From a virus (taxonomy: Duplodnaviria > Caudoviricetes), in the IMG/VR virus record IMGVR_UViG_3300032227_001423, positions 1-31,632 of that record: 31,632 nucleotides of DNA. One strand, 5' to 3'. The translations under genes were made by a program, and so were the position numbers. The notes below the pieces were generated by a model. That model saw only the letters and a program-made list of their open reading frames with translations, searched no databases and was not told the origin of the DNA. The number at the start of each line of letters is the position of its first letter. Position 1 is the stretch's first letter. This document shows, one piece after another, positions 1 through 7,533 of this stretch.

Positions 1-14
1 TTCTGTATTGTTCA

Positions 15-156
15 GTACTCAATTGATCGAGCACTTATGTTTTACATCTTTATGGATGCTTTACTAAGTGCCCACACTTATCGATTGTCTAATTTTTAAA
101 GAGCAGATAAGATAGTTTGTAACTTCTTGGTTATCGTTCACGCCGTTATGCGGAAC
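15..156 (-). promoter_or_regulatory. rRNA-operon-like leader: boxB-like hairpin (136-156), boxA (91-105), boxC / processing-stem strand (~65-90) and downstream hairpin
   Basis: The minus strand reads TGCTCTTTAAAAATTAGACAATCGATAAGTGTGGGCACTTAG, matching the proteobacterial rrn boxA (TGCTCTTTAAcaA) followed by boxC (GTGTGGGCAC). GGGCACTTA (73-65) can pair with TAAGTGCTC (37-29). Confidence 0.75.
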
Positions 157-187
157 AGTTGTGGTTGTTATTTGTTACTAGTCTACT

Positions 188-216
188 AGTGTAACAGCAT
201 TTACAATTAAAGTCAA
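188..216 (-). promoter_or_regulatory. sigma70-type promoter (P2-like)
   Basis: TTGACT (216-211), 17-bp spacer, TACACT (193-188), with an extended -10 TGn and an A/T-rich upstream region. Confidence 0.75.
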
Positions 217-294
217 GTCTTTTACAACTTTATTTTACCGATTTAGTGTCGTCTTTAAACAACACTTTTCTGTTAAACTTCTTACTAGTTTGTT

Positions 295-323
295 AGTATA
301 GCACCAGTTGATTAGATAGTCAA
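295..323 (-). promoter_or_regulatory. sigma70-type promoter (P1-like)
   Basis: TTGACT (323-318), 17-bp spacer, TATACT (300-295), with an extended -10 TGn and an upstream A tract. Confidence 0.8.
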
Positions 324-438
324 CCTTTTTGTGCCTTTTGTTACAATGAAATGCGTAGATATGTCGAGGGTTTTTGTCGTGCTTTTTACTTAGTGATACT
401 ATTTAAGTATAATACACGTACTTAATGATAAAATCAAC

Positions 439-1569
439 TCAATTGGTAAAACTGCTGTAAACTTCTGGCCAAAGTTCAGCAAAAGATTTGGATGGGGGTA
501 AAAGAGCTTCTTGCTGCGCGGTCCATTCTAAAAACTCAATGTGTTTGTCTGGTTTAACCGTGTCGCGTTTTAGATGGGCTTTGATATCTTGAAGAGACGC
601 ATCAGCGTTGTATTTTTCTGTGACCAGATCAATCTGTTCAATGGCCAACTGTTTAAATGTTTCGTTGTAGCCATCAGGAATAACGCCATAAGATTTTGTA
701 CGCCCGCCGGCTGGTTGGGCAAAACGCCAGTGTTGAGATCCTATTGGGTATTGAGAAATAAAATCATAATATTCAACCAGTCTAGTAGCACTCCAAATAC
801 TGTAAACAGGAATGATACTAATGTGTTGATTTTCTTTAACTAATAAATCTAAATTATGAACAAGTTTATCCCAGCTGGCTCCAGCTCGCACGTATTCAAA
901 TCTATCTCCAACATTTTCAAAGCTCACATACCACCGAACTTGAGATTTTTCTTTTAGTAATTTGTATATTGCATTATTTTCTAGATTAGTAGCTAAATTG
1001 GTAAACACAGTAACTATTACATCTTCTCTACAACTTTTTAGCAGTTCTTCATTTTGTTTTTGTAGCAAGGGCTCGCCACCTAATAAAAATACTTCTTTTA
1101 ATGAATCGTAAGAGTTTTTTACTTCTTCTAAAATACTGGCATGATAATTGCGATTTACTGATTCGGGCGCATCACCTTCTATTTTTGCCCAGGTTGAACT
1201 GTATCGAGAATTGCAATAACGGCAAGACAAATTACATACATTACTCCATCGTAAATCAACGTGTTGTAGGCTGCGGTAACCTGGACTAGTGTGTTTTGTT
1301 GTAAATGCGCTGTATTGGCTGTGTGTTGGTGTAATTTTTTCTGCTTGAACACAACTTGAACAGTATTCAGGAAATCGTTGCTCTGCCAACTCCTGTCGAA
1401 TTTCAATGTATTTTTTGTTGTAGGGGGTGAATATTTCCGACAGCGGTTGTTTATTGATATTGCCCAAGGCACCCTCGCCCATTGGGCCACCAGAACAACA
1501 AGTTTTAATATCACCATTGGTTTCTAAATACAAGCCCACATCAATGGCTGGGCATAAAACATTTGACAT
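439..1569 (-). CDS. radical SAM protein with N-terminal SPASM/twitch-like Cys domain
   Basis: CxxxCxxC motif (CNLSCRYC), GGEP motif (LGGEPLL), and N-terminal C...KTCC...CSSC. Confidence 0.9.
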   Translation of the reverse strand: MSNVLCPAIDVGLYLETNGDIKTCCSGGPMGEGALGNINKQPLSEIFTPYNKKYIEIRQELAEQRFPEYCSSCVQAEKITPTHSQYSAFTTKHTSPGYRSLQHVDLRWSNVCNLSCRYCNSRYSSTWAKIEGDAPESVNRNYHASILEEVKNSYDSLKEVFLLGGEPLLQKQNEELLKSCREDVIVTVFTNLATNLENNAIYKLLKEKSQVRWYVSFENVGDRFEYVRAGASWDKLVHNLDLLVKENQHISIIPVYSIWSATRLVEYYDFISQYPIGSQHWRFAQPAGGRTKSYGVIPDGYNETFKQLAIEQIDLVTEKYNADASLQDIKAHLKRDTVKPDKHIEFLEWTAQQEALLPPSKSFAELWPEVYSSFTN

Positions 1570-1791
1570 TTAGAATAATTTTTTAGGTAGTTGCTGACTA
1601 CGTAGTTGTTTGCGCCAACGTGCTTTGGCAGCACCTTTTTTACGCTTACGTTCTGTGGTGGGCTTTTCGTAGGTTTGACGTTCGCGAAGTTCTTCAAGCA
1701 GACCAGATTCTTGTACTTTTTTCTTAAATTTACGTAGAGCCTTCTCTACATTGCCGTCCTTGACCAATACGCCGTTACCGTAAAAACTCAT
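1570..1791 (-). CDS. rpsU: 30S ribosomal protein bS21
   Basis: 73-aa basic protein with [12 protein letters not shown]...[19 protein letters not shown], the bS21 signature. Confidence 0.95.
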   Translation of the reverse strand: MSFYGNGVLVKDGNVEKALRKFKKKVQESGLLEELRERQTYEKPTTERKRKKGAAKARWRKQLRSQQLPKKLF

Positions 1792-2975
1792 TCATTCTCC
1801 TGTGCCAGTGTTGTAGGAGTATTTACCAGGGTTGGACTAATCGCTACTCGTAATATGCTCTGTTTATTGTACCTTTTTAAATCAAACATATGAGGCAACA
1901 AAATACGCTCTAATTCTGAATGCAGGCCACGGGCACCTGTTTTTGTTTTTAATGTGTTCTCTGCTATTAATTCTAAACTTTCTAGGTCAAAATCAAGTTC
2001 TACGCCATCCTGGTCAAACAACCACTGGTATTGTTCTACAAAATTGTGTTTTACTTTGGTTAAAATACTCACCAGTTGTTCTTTGGTTAAATCGTGTAAA
2101 CTGACCACACTACTAAATCTACCTACAAATTCTGGAATCATTCCATACTTGACTAAATCGTCCGGGCCAACCTGGGCGTGTTCTACTGTAGTGTCAGCGG
2201 TCAGTTGAGCGCCAAACCCCATAGAGGTACCTTGAATACGAGTTTTAAGTATTTTATCTAGGCCCACAAACGCACCTCCAGCTACAAACAGTATGTCAGT
2301 AGTATCAATTTCCACTGTGGCATCGGACTTGCGTCCTCCATTGGGACTAATTTTAATTTTTGTGCCTTCTACCAATTTAAGCAAGGCCTGCTGAACACCT
2401 TCGCCACTTACATCTCGACTAACAGTAGCAGATTCACTCTTGCGAGCAATCTTATCAATTTCATCTAAAAATACAATACCACGTTGACACCGATCAATAT
2501 CACAGTCAGCAGCTTGATACAAACGAGATATCAATGAATCTACATCGTCGCCGACATACCCTGCTTCTGTAAGTGTAGTGGCGTCTGCTACTACAAATGG
2601 TACATTTAAATATTCTGCTACAGTTTTAGCCATTAGGGTTTTACCGGTGCCGGTTGGACCAATCATTAGAATATTACTTTTAACAACTTCGTTATCAGGA
2701 TTACTGATACGCTTGTAGTGATTGGCGATTGCTACCGCTAATACAATCTTGGCTTCGGGTTGTCCTACAACATACTCGTCGAGAAAATCGCGAATATCGC
2801 GTGGGTCAGGAATTTTAATAGTAGATGCTTTTGTGATAGATTTTTTGTCTTTGAGAAGACCGCTACATAAATCCACACACTCGTTGCAGATGGCAACATT
2901 GTGACCTACAATTAATTTACCTACTACGTCTTTGTGTTTGGCACAAAACGAGCAATGATGAATGGTATCAGCCAT
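1788..2975 (-). CDS. clpX: ATP-dependent Clp protease ATP-binding subunit ClpX
   Basis: Zinc-binding domain CSFC...CNEC, Walker A GPTGTGKT, pore loop GYVG, Walker [25 protein letters not shown] docking loop, TGARGL. GGAG SD upstream. Confidence 0.96.
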   Translation of the reverse strand: MADTIHHCSFCAKHKDVVGKLIVGHNVAICNECVDLCSGLLKDKKSITKASTIKIPDPRDIRDFLDEYVVGQPEAKIVLAVAIANHYKRISNPDNEVVKSNILMIGPTGTGKTLMAKTVAEYLNVPFVVADATTLTEAGYVGDDVDSLISRLYQAADCDIDRCQRGIVFLDEIDKIARKSESATVSRDVSGEGVQQALLKLVEGTKIKISPNGGRKSDATVEIDTTDILFVAGGAFVGLDKILKTRIQGTSMGFGAQLTADTTVEHAQVGPDDLVKYGMIPEFVGRFSSVVSLHDLTKEQLVSILTKVKHNFVEQYQWLFDQDGVELDFDLESLELIAENTLKTKTGARGLHSELERILLPHMFDLKRYNKQSILRVAISPTLVNTPTTLAQENE

Positions 2976-2983
2976 ACGGCTCC

Positions 2984-4507
2984 TTATAGGTTGTTTTTAA
3001 GTTTTAAAGCAATTTGTTCACGCTCAGCATCGCTGAGTAAATCTGGATCATACTGGCCTTCGCCAATCTTATCGATAAGATGATCAATGTAAGCTTCGTC
3101 GTGAGCATAACTATCTGTTAATGTCTTATCTACTTCTATCCATTGTGTACCGTTGTATTTGTACAGAACAGTTGGTAATTGATCTACACGTAAAAATAAA
3201 TCGCCGCGGTTGGCATTAGGAGGAAATGAAATGCCAAAGCCAGTTATTGTACCTAATGCTGGTGGTACATTGTCTGCTTGGAGGCCTGACTGCTGTTTTA
3301 ATTTAGCACGTTCCCCGTCACTGATAGGTAAAGTTTCAATGTGTTCCGTATTATGCCACGGTAACTGATCAATTTCGCCGGCAGCGTGAGCGGCATGGTG
3401 AATATCTAGGTCTTCCTCAGGATGACTAGCGGCATAAACTTGTTTGGCCAATTTGTCAAGAGGATCTTCATCTGTCGCTTCGGTAGGCTGACTAACAGCT
3501 GGAGTCGTGTTACTGTTGTCAACCACTGGTGGTTCAACAGGTTCTTCAACTGTAGGCTCTGTATTACGATTAAACATCCATGCTCCACCAAAGCCAGAAA
3601 ATTTGTGTTTGGGTTTTTCTACTGCTTCTTCTTCTAACGGTATTGCTTCTTTGTCGTCAAACACAGGAACATCGCCTTCAGGTTCAGGTTCCGATTTGAG
3701 TTTGACTTCTTCGTCTTCGTCGCGTTTTTTGTTTAGATTGAATATGTTAATGCCACGTTCCCACTCAAGCGACTTGGTAGCGGCCAACAATAAGGTAAGG
3801 GCCAAAGGATCAAACACAATAACAATAAGAATAATAACCCAACGCACAGATTTTTCTAGTACGTTCTCCTCAGGATTATCACCGTAGATTAATGCTGCTA
3901 TGTATTTGATAGGTCCAACCTCGGCTTCAATCTTACGATTCTCTGCGGCCAGCGGAGCACGTTCTTCGTTAAGACCTGTAATCTTTTTCTGTTCCGCTTC
4001 AATTTCTTTAAGCAAACGACCACGTTCTGCCTGTTGACCACGACGGATTGCTACCGCTTTGTCAGCACCTTTTTCATCAGTACTACGACCCATGACTTGA
4101 TCCACGGCTTCGTCCATCTGTTTAAGTGCCTTGCGATTGGCGTCAATGTTTTCACGACTGATCTTGATTTTTTCATCGTAGATAGCAATCTTTGCTCCGG
4201 CATCTCCGGATACTAAACTTTGATCTGAATGTGCCTTACTCAAGAAGCCAAATACACCCATGCTTGTTAACAACATGAGAATAGCCACCGCTGAACACAG
4301 ATACAGTTTGTACTGTATTTCAGCTCGATCCCAGTATTTGTGTAGCCATAAAGTAGTAATAATTTTACCTACTTCTAATGAGCCGCCCATGATAACAATA
4401 GGCCAAAAGGCCGCGGAGAAAATTGCTGTTAATCCCAGTATGGAATAGACAGCGGCACTTAAACTAATAATAAGTGCGGTTAAAAGGGTTATATATCCGA
4501 ATGCCAT
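2984..4507 (-). CDS. membrane-anchored coiled-coil phage protein
   Basis: Three N-terminal hydrophobic helices, a long heptad-rich region, another TM segment, an acidic/Pro-rich linker and a compact C-terminal domain. Confidence 0.8.
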   Translation of the reverse strand: MAFGYITLLTALIISLSAAVYSILGLTAIFSAAFWPIVIMGGSLEVGKIITTLWLHKYWDRAEIQYKLYLCSAVAILMLLTSMGVFGFLSKAHSDQSLVSGDAGAKIAIYDEKIKISRENIDANRKALKQMDEAVDQVMGRSTDEKGADKAVAIRRGQQAERGRLLKEIEAEQKKITGLNEERAPLAAENRKIEAEVGPIKYIAALIYGDNPEENVLEKSVRWVIILIVIVFDPLALTLLLAATKSLEWERGINIFNLNKKRDEDEEVKLKSEPEPEGDVPVFDDKEAIPLEEEAVEKPKHKFSGFGGAWMFNRNTEPTVEEPVEPPVVDNSNTTPAVSQPTEATDEDPLDKLAKQVYAASHPEEDLDIHHAAHAAGEIDQLPWHNTEHIETLPISDGERAKLKQQSGLQADNVPPALGTITGFGISFPPNANRGDLFLRVDQLPTVLYKYNGTQWIEVDKTLTDSYAHDEAYIDHLIDKIGEGQYDPDLLSDAEREQIALKLKNNL

Positions 4508-4528
4508 AGAATAATATTTATCGTAATT

Positions 4529-4924
4529 TTACTGCCAAACACGGTGCTTTTCAGCTACCCATTCCTTGCCGTCGTAGTCGTCAACAAACCAATCTACACC
4601 AGCAGGAACTTCTACAACTCTTAGTGTAGCATATTCTCCATCAGCAGCTCTACCTAAACGGCGAACTGTAGATACCAGTGCTGGGTCATCTCGAGGAATA
4701 TCACGATGCTGAAATTCAACGCCATTGACCATGATTTTATCACCTATGCGATTTTGTGTATCGCGGTCTTCCTGCGGTTCAAAGGTGTATGTTGTGCCCG
4801 ATAGTTCAAGATACAACAAGATGGCTTCGCGACTTAGGCTAAATCCACCAAAGGCACGATTAATCACAATGTACTGAACACCCCGCAACTGGTTGATTAG
4901 TTCGTCGTGATCTAGTTCTTCCAT
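4529..4924 (-). CDS. hypothetical phage protein
   Basis: 131-aa ORF in the operon with globular composition (VINRAFGGFSLS...RDDPALV...YDGKEWVAE). Confidence 0.75.
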   Translation of the reverse strand: MEELDHDELINQLRGVQYIVINRAFGGFSLSREAILLYLELSGTTYTFEPQEDRDTQNRIGDKIMVNGVEFQHRDIPRDDPALVSTVRRLGRAADGEYATLRVVEVPAGVDWFVDDYDGKEWVAEKHRVWQ

Positions 4925-5133
4925 TTGGCAATGGTAATATTGTAGTCACGCTCGGCACTGATTAATCTATTTTCAAGTTGAACAATACGTCGAGTTAGTT
5001 TTAACACTTTTACACCTAAAAAGATAATAGCCGCAATCAGTAAAGTAACAGTGACTCCCCATCCAGCTACTAGGCTGTAGGTCCAAAACCATAAGTCGTT
5101 TACTGCGCTAGTTAATAGTGGGATAGGATTCAT
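4912..5133 (-). CDS. small membrane protein
   Basis: 73 aa with one TM segment followed by a short coiled coil; overlaps its neighbours. Confidence 0.65.
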   Translation of the reverse strand: MNPIPLLTSAVNDLWFWTYSLVAGWGVTVTLLIAAIIFLGVKVLKLTRRIVQLENRLISAERDYNITIAKWKN

Positions 5134-5264
5134 TTGTCGTTGTATTTTTTAGTAAGTACATGGGCTAGTATGGCGATTACTCCCATGATAGAAAAGTAAA
5201 TCGCTAGTACAATAGCGATTCGGATATTTAGCTCACTCAGATCGGCCGCCTGTACATGATCCAC
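5130..5264 (-). CDS. putative small membrane protein (44 aa, not in ORF track)
   Basis: GTG-started MDHVQAADLSELNIRIAIVLAIYFSIMGVIAILAHVLTKKYNDK. Its TGA overlaps the next ATG (ATGA) and it fills the intergenic gap. Start uncertain. Confidence 0.45.
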   Translation of the reverse strand: MDHVQAADLSELNIRIAIVLAIYFSIMGVIAILAHVLTKKYNDK

Positions 5265-5427
5265 CAGAGAACCAAAGTTCTTCGGCTTGCGTACGATATT
5301 GTGCTAATTCGTACTCGTCTTTTTTAACTCGATACTCGTCCTCGGTTAGAGCGTGCCAACCGCAGCACTTGCCGGTTGGGCTACGACCACATCCACATAG
5401 TCCTACGGTTCCTGGTTTGGCTTGCAT
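5233..5427 (-). CDS. CDGSH-like (NEET-type) iron-sulfur/zinc finger protein
   Basis: LCGCGRSPTGKCCGWH resembles the C-x-C-x2-S...C-D-G-S-H motif. Likely start is the ATG at 5427, just after the upstream stop. Confidence 0.7.
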   Translation of the reverse strand: MQAKPGTVGLCGCGRSPTGKCCGWHALTEDEYRVKKDEYELAQYRTQAEELWFSGGSCTGGRSE

Positions 5428-5428
5428 G

Positions 5429-6106
5429 TTAGTCGTCCTTACGTCCGCCAAACAACTGTAGTAAATTTAAGAACAAGTTAATAAAGTTTAGGTACAGACT
5501 AAGTGCGCCCATGACTTCTTCACGCCCGGTATCGTTATCTTGAGATACTATCTCACGAATATTTTGCGTATCGTAGGCGGTTAATCCCAAGAACACAACA
5601 ATAGCAATGGCACTGATAACCATCTGCATCACTGAGCTACCAATAAAGATATTAATGATACTGGCAATCACAATGGCGATTAAACCAATAAACATAAAAG
5701 AACCAATACTGGATAAATCTTTTTTGGTAAAGTAACCATAAATGCTCATAGTACCAAATAACACAGCGCCGCCCATGAAGGCTGTAAAGATACTGCTTGC
5801 GGTGTAAATGACAAAGATTGTAGCAAAGCTCAGTCCCATAAGCGCACTAAACGCATACAAAAATAACTGTAGCCCAGTCTTGCTAAATCGTTCTGAGGCA
5901 AATGTCATTGCTAGGATACACACCAACGGAGCAAAAATAACAATCCATTTTGTTAGTCCTGTAAAAAAGAATCTTACTAACTCAGGACTGGATCCTACAA
6001 AAAAACTTACCAGCATACTGATAACTACGGCAAGACTCATGTGTCCATACACACGACCCATTGCTTCGTTGATTCCTGAGGCGCTACGATATATTGCTGT
6101 TGTCAT
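5429..6106 (-). CDS. Bax inhibitor-1/YccA family membrane protein
   Basis: About 7 TM helices; YGYFTKKDLS, LTAYDTQNI and GALSLYLNFINLF motifs. AAGGAG SD. Confidence 0.92.
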   Translation of the reverse strand: MTTAIYRSASGINEAMGRVYGHMSLAVVISMLVSFFVGSSPELVRFFFTGLTKWIVIFAPLVCILAMTFASERFSKTGLQLFLYAFSALMGLSFATIFVIYTASSIFTAFMGGAVLFGTMSIYGYFTKKDLSSIGSFMFIGLIAIVIASIINIFIGSSVMQMVISAIAIVVFLGLTAYDTQNIREIVSQDNDTGREEVMGALSLYLNFINLFLNLLQLFGGRKDD

Positions 6107-6120
6107 AATTTCTCCTTAAT

Positions 6121-7107
6121 TTAAAATGGCCAACCGCGAGGATCAGCTTTGATTTCTTCCAATACTTCACTGTGTTCTAAAATAATCTTATCTAACTCTG
6201 CTGCTGGATCCCAGTATTCGGCATCTGGATTGTACGGAATACCGCGCCAATGCTTAATCTTAATTTCCTTATCAGGATCGTTGTATTCAGACTCGTCAGC
6301 ATAAGTGCTAACCCATTTATTGCCTGTCCACTTGGCTTGATGTTGGTAGGCATTTTTGCCGGCAGTTTCAATTTCGTAGGTGCCAACATACACAGGGTCA
6401 ATCTTTTTAGGGAACCAAGCTGTTGTAGGGTATTCAATACTATCGTAGTCAACATACTTTTCCCAATCCTTGTTTTCATCAACTAGACAAAAACAAAATT
6501 CTGAACTCTTGCCATTTGTATTGCTGCCAAAATTGTCAATGTCTTCGCCGTCGTACATTACACTATGGACAATGTCTTCGCCGTCAATGTCATCGTAAAT
6601 CAATTCTAACTTCTCTGGATCAAACGGAGCAGTGAGATCAATTTCACCTTCGAAGAATGTGCCTTTTTCGTTTGAGCGGCCGACAAATACCGCTTCGCCC
6701 GGTGATGCCATACCTACCCAGGCTTCGTTGTCACAGCACAAGCCAATGTCGGTACCGTCTAGTGAATCTAGTGTGCGTTGTAGCACTTCGTTGCCATGCT
6801 CGTCTTCAATTTGTAGTGTGCCGCTATCTCTGCTGACACCGCTGGTATGTGCCAAGTCATCACATTCGTACCACGAGCCTGGAGAGAACGGTTGTAATTC
6901 TTCGGGAATTTTAAGTTCTTCTACTGCATCATAATCCCAGGCATAATCTGGAACAGATATTCTACGATGTTTAAAGTAATCAAAAATTTTCTTATCTACT
7001 GTACCCATGGCAATCTCTCCGCCGTATCCCCATAACGAGATGCGATACTTGCATGGTGTAAATTTTAATTTTGCGATTAAATCTTCTTGTTCTTTAATTG
7101 TTGCCAC
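6121..7107 (-). CDS. hypothetical acidic phage protein
   Basis: 328-aa ORF with GTG start and AAGGA SD; no recognised family. Confidence 0.8.
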   Translation of the reverse strand: MATIKEQEDLIAKLKFTPCKYRISLWGYGGEIAMGTVDKKIFDYFKHRRISVPDYAWDYDAVEELKIPEELQPFSPGSWYECDDLAHTSGVSRDSGTLQIEDEHGNEVLQRTLDSLDGTDIGLCCDNEAWVGMASPGEAVFVGRSNEKGTFFEGEIDLTAPFDPEKLELIYDDIDGEDIVHSVMYDGEDIDNFGSNTNGKSSEFCFCLVDENKDWEKYVDYDSIEYPTTAWFPKKIDPVYVGTYEIETAGKNAYQHQAKWTGNKWVSTYADESEYNDPDKEIKIKHWRGIPYNPDAEYWDPAAELDKIILEHSEVLEEIKADPRGWPF

Positions 7108-7219
7108 TTTTTTCCTTGTCGCATTCGTTGAATAACCATCCGATACCTATTGCTATGATAAAACCAATGCTGATACATACCACTGCTTCAATTAACCAGT
7201 CTTGTAAGATAAAATCCAT
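7094..7219 (-). CDS. small membrane protein (41 aa, not in ORF track)
   Basis: MDFILQDWLIEAVVCISIGFIIAIGIGWLFNECDKEKSGNN, with a GGGG SD-like sequence and a promoter directly upstream. Confidence 0.6.
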   Translation of the reverse strand: MDFILQDWLIEAVVCISIGFIIAIGIGWLFNECDKEKSGNN

Positions 7220-7240
7220 AAGTATCCCCGTAATATTTTT

Positions 7241-7269
7241 ATTTTACACGAAATACCGGATTAAATCAA
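7241..7269 (-). promoter_or_regulatory. sigma70-type promoter
   Basis: TTGATT (7269-7264), 17-bp spacer, TAAAAT (7246-7241). Confidence 0.55.
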
Positions 7270-7514
7270 TCTATGAATTTACCTTTTAGCACAATTAGAG
7301 CACCTCGATATGACCAATCACCGCCAATGGGATCATCGTGCCTGCCGGTAATTTTCTTAAATGAGGTATGTCGCCGATTGTGCGCATCTAAAATGAATTC
7401 TTTGAATTCTGCCGGTGTAAGGATGAATTCCTCAACTGGTCCTTCGTCGGTATTTTTGAGCCACTCTATTTCAAGTTGTTCAAAAATATTAAATTTTCTA
7501 CGTTTTACTTTCAT
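7266..7514 (-). CDS. hypothetical protein
   Basis: Likely start is the ATG at 7514 (MKVKRRK...) with an AGGA SD, which avoids overlap with the ligase gene. Confidence 0.65.
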   Translation of the reverse strand: MKVKRRKFNIFEQLEIEWLKNTDEGPVEEFILTPAEFKEFILDAHNRRHTSFKKITGRHDDPIGGDWSYRGALIVLKGKFID

Positions 7515-7533
7515 TGTTTTCCTATTATCTTTT

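Noticed and set aside
385-413. Plus-strand TTTACT-17-TATAAT promoter-like match
   Set aside because: It points antisense into the radical SAM gene with no downstream gene, in very AT-rich sequence. It could be real antisense transcription but cannot be supported here.
1-438. Calling an rRNA, tRNA or CDS in the left intergenic region
   Set aside because: No 16S 5' sequence, cloverleaf or credible ORF is visible inside the window; only leader elements are present.
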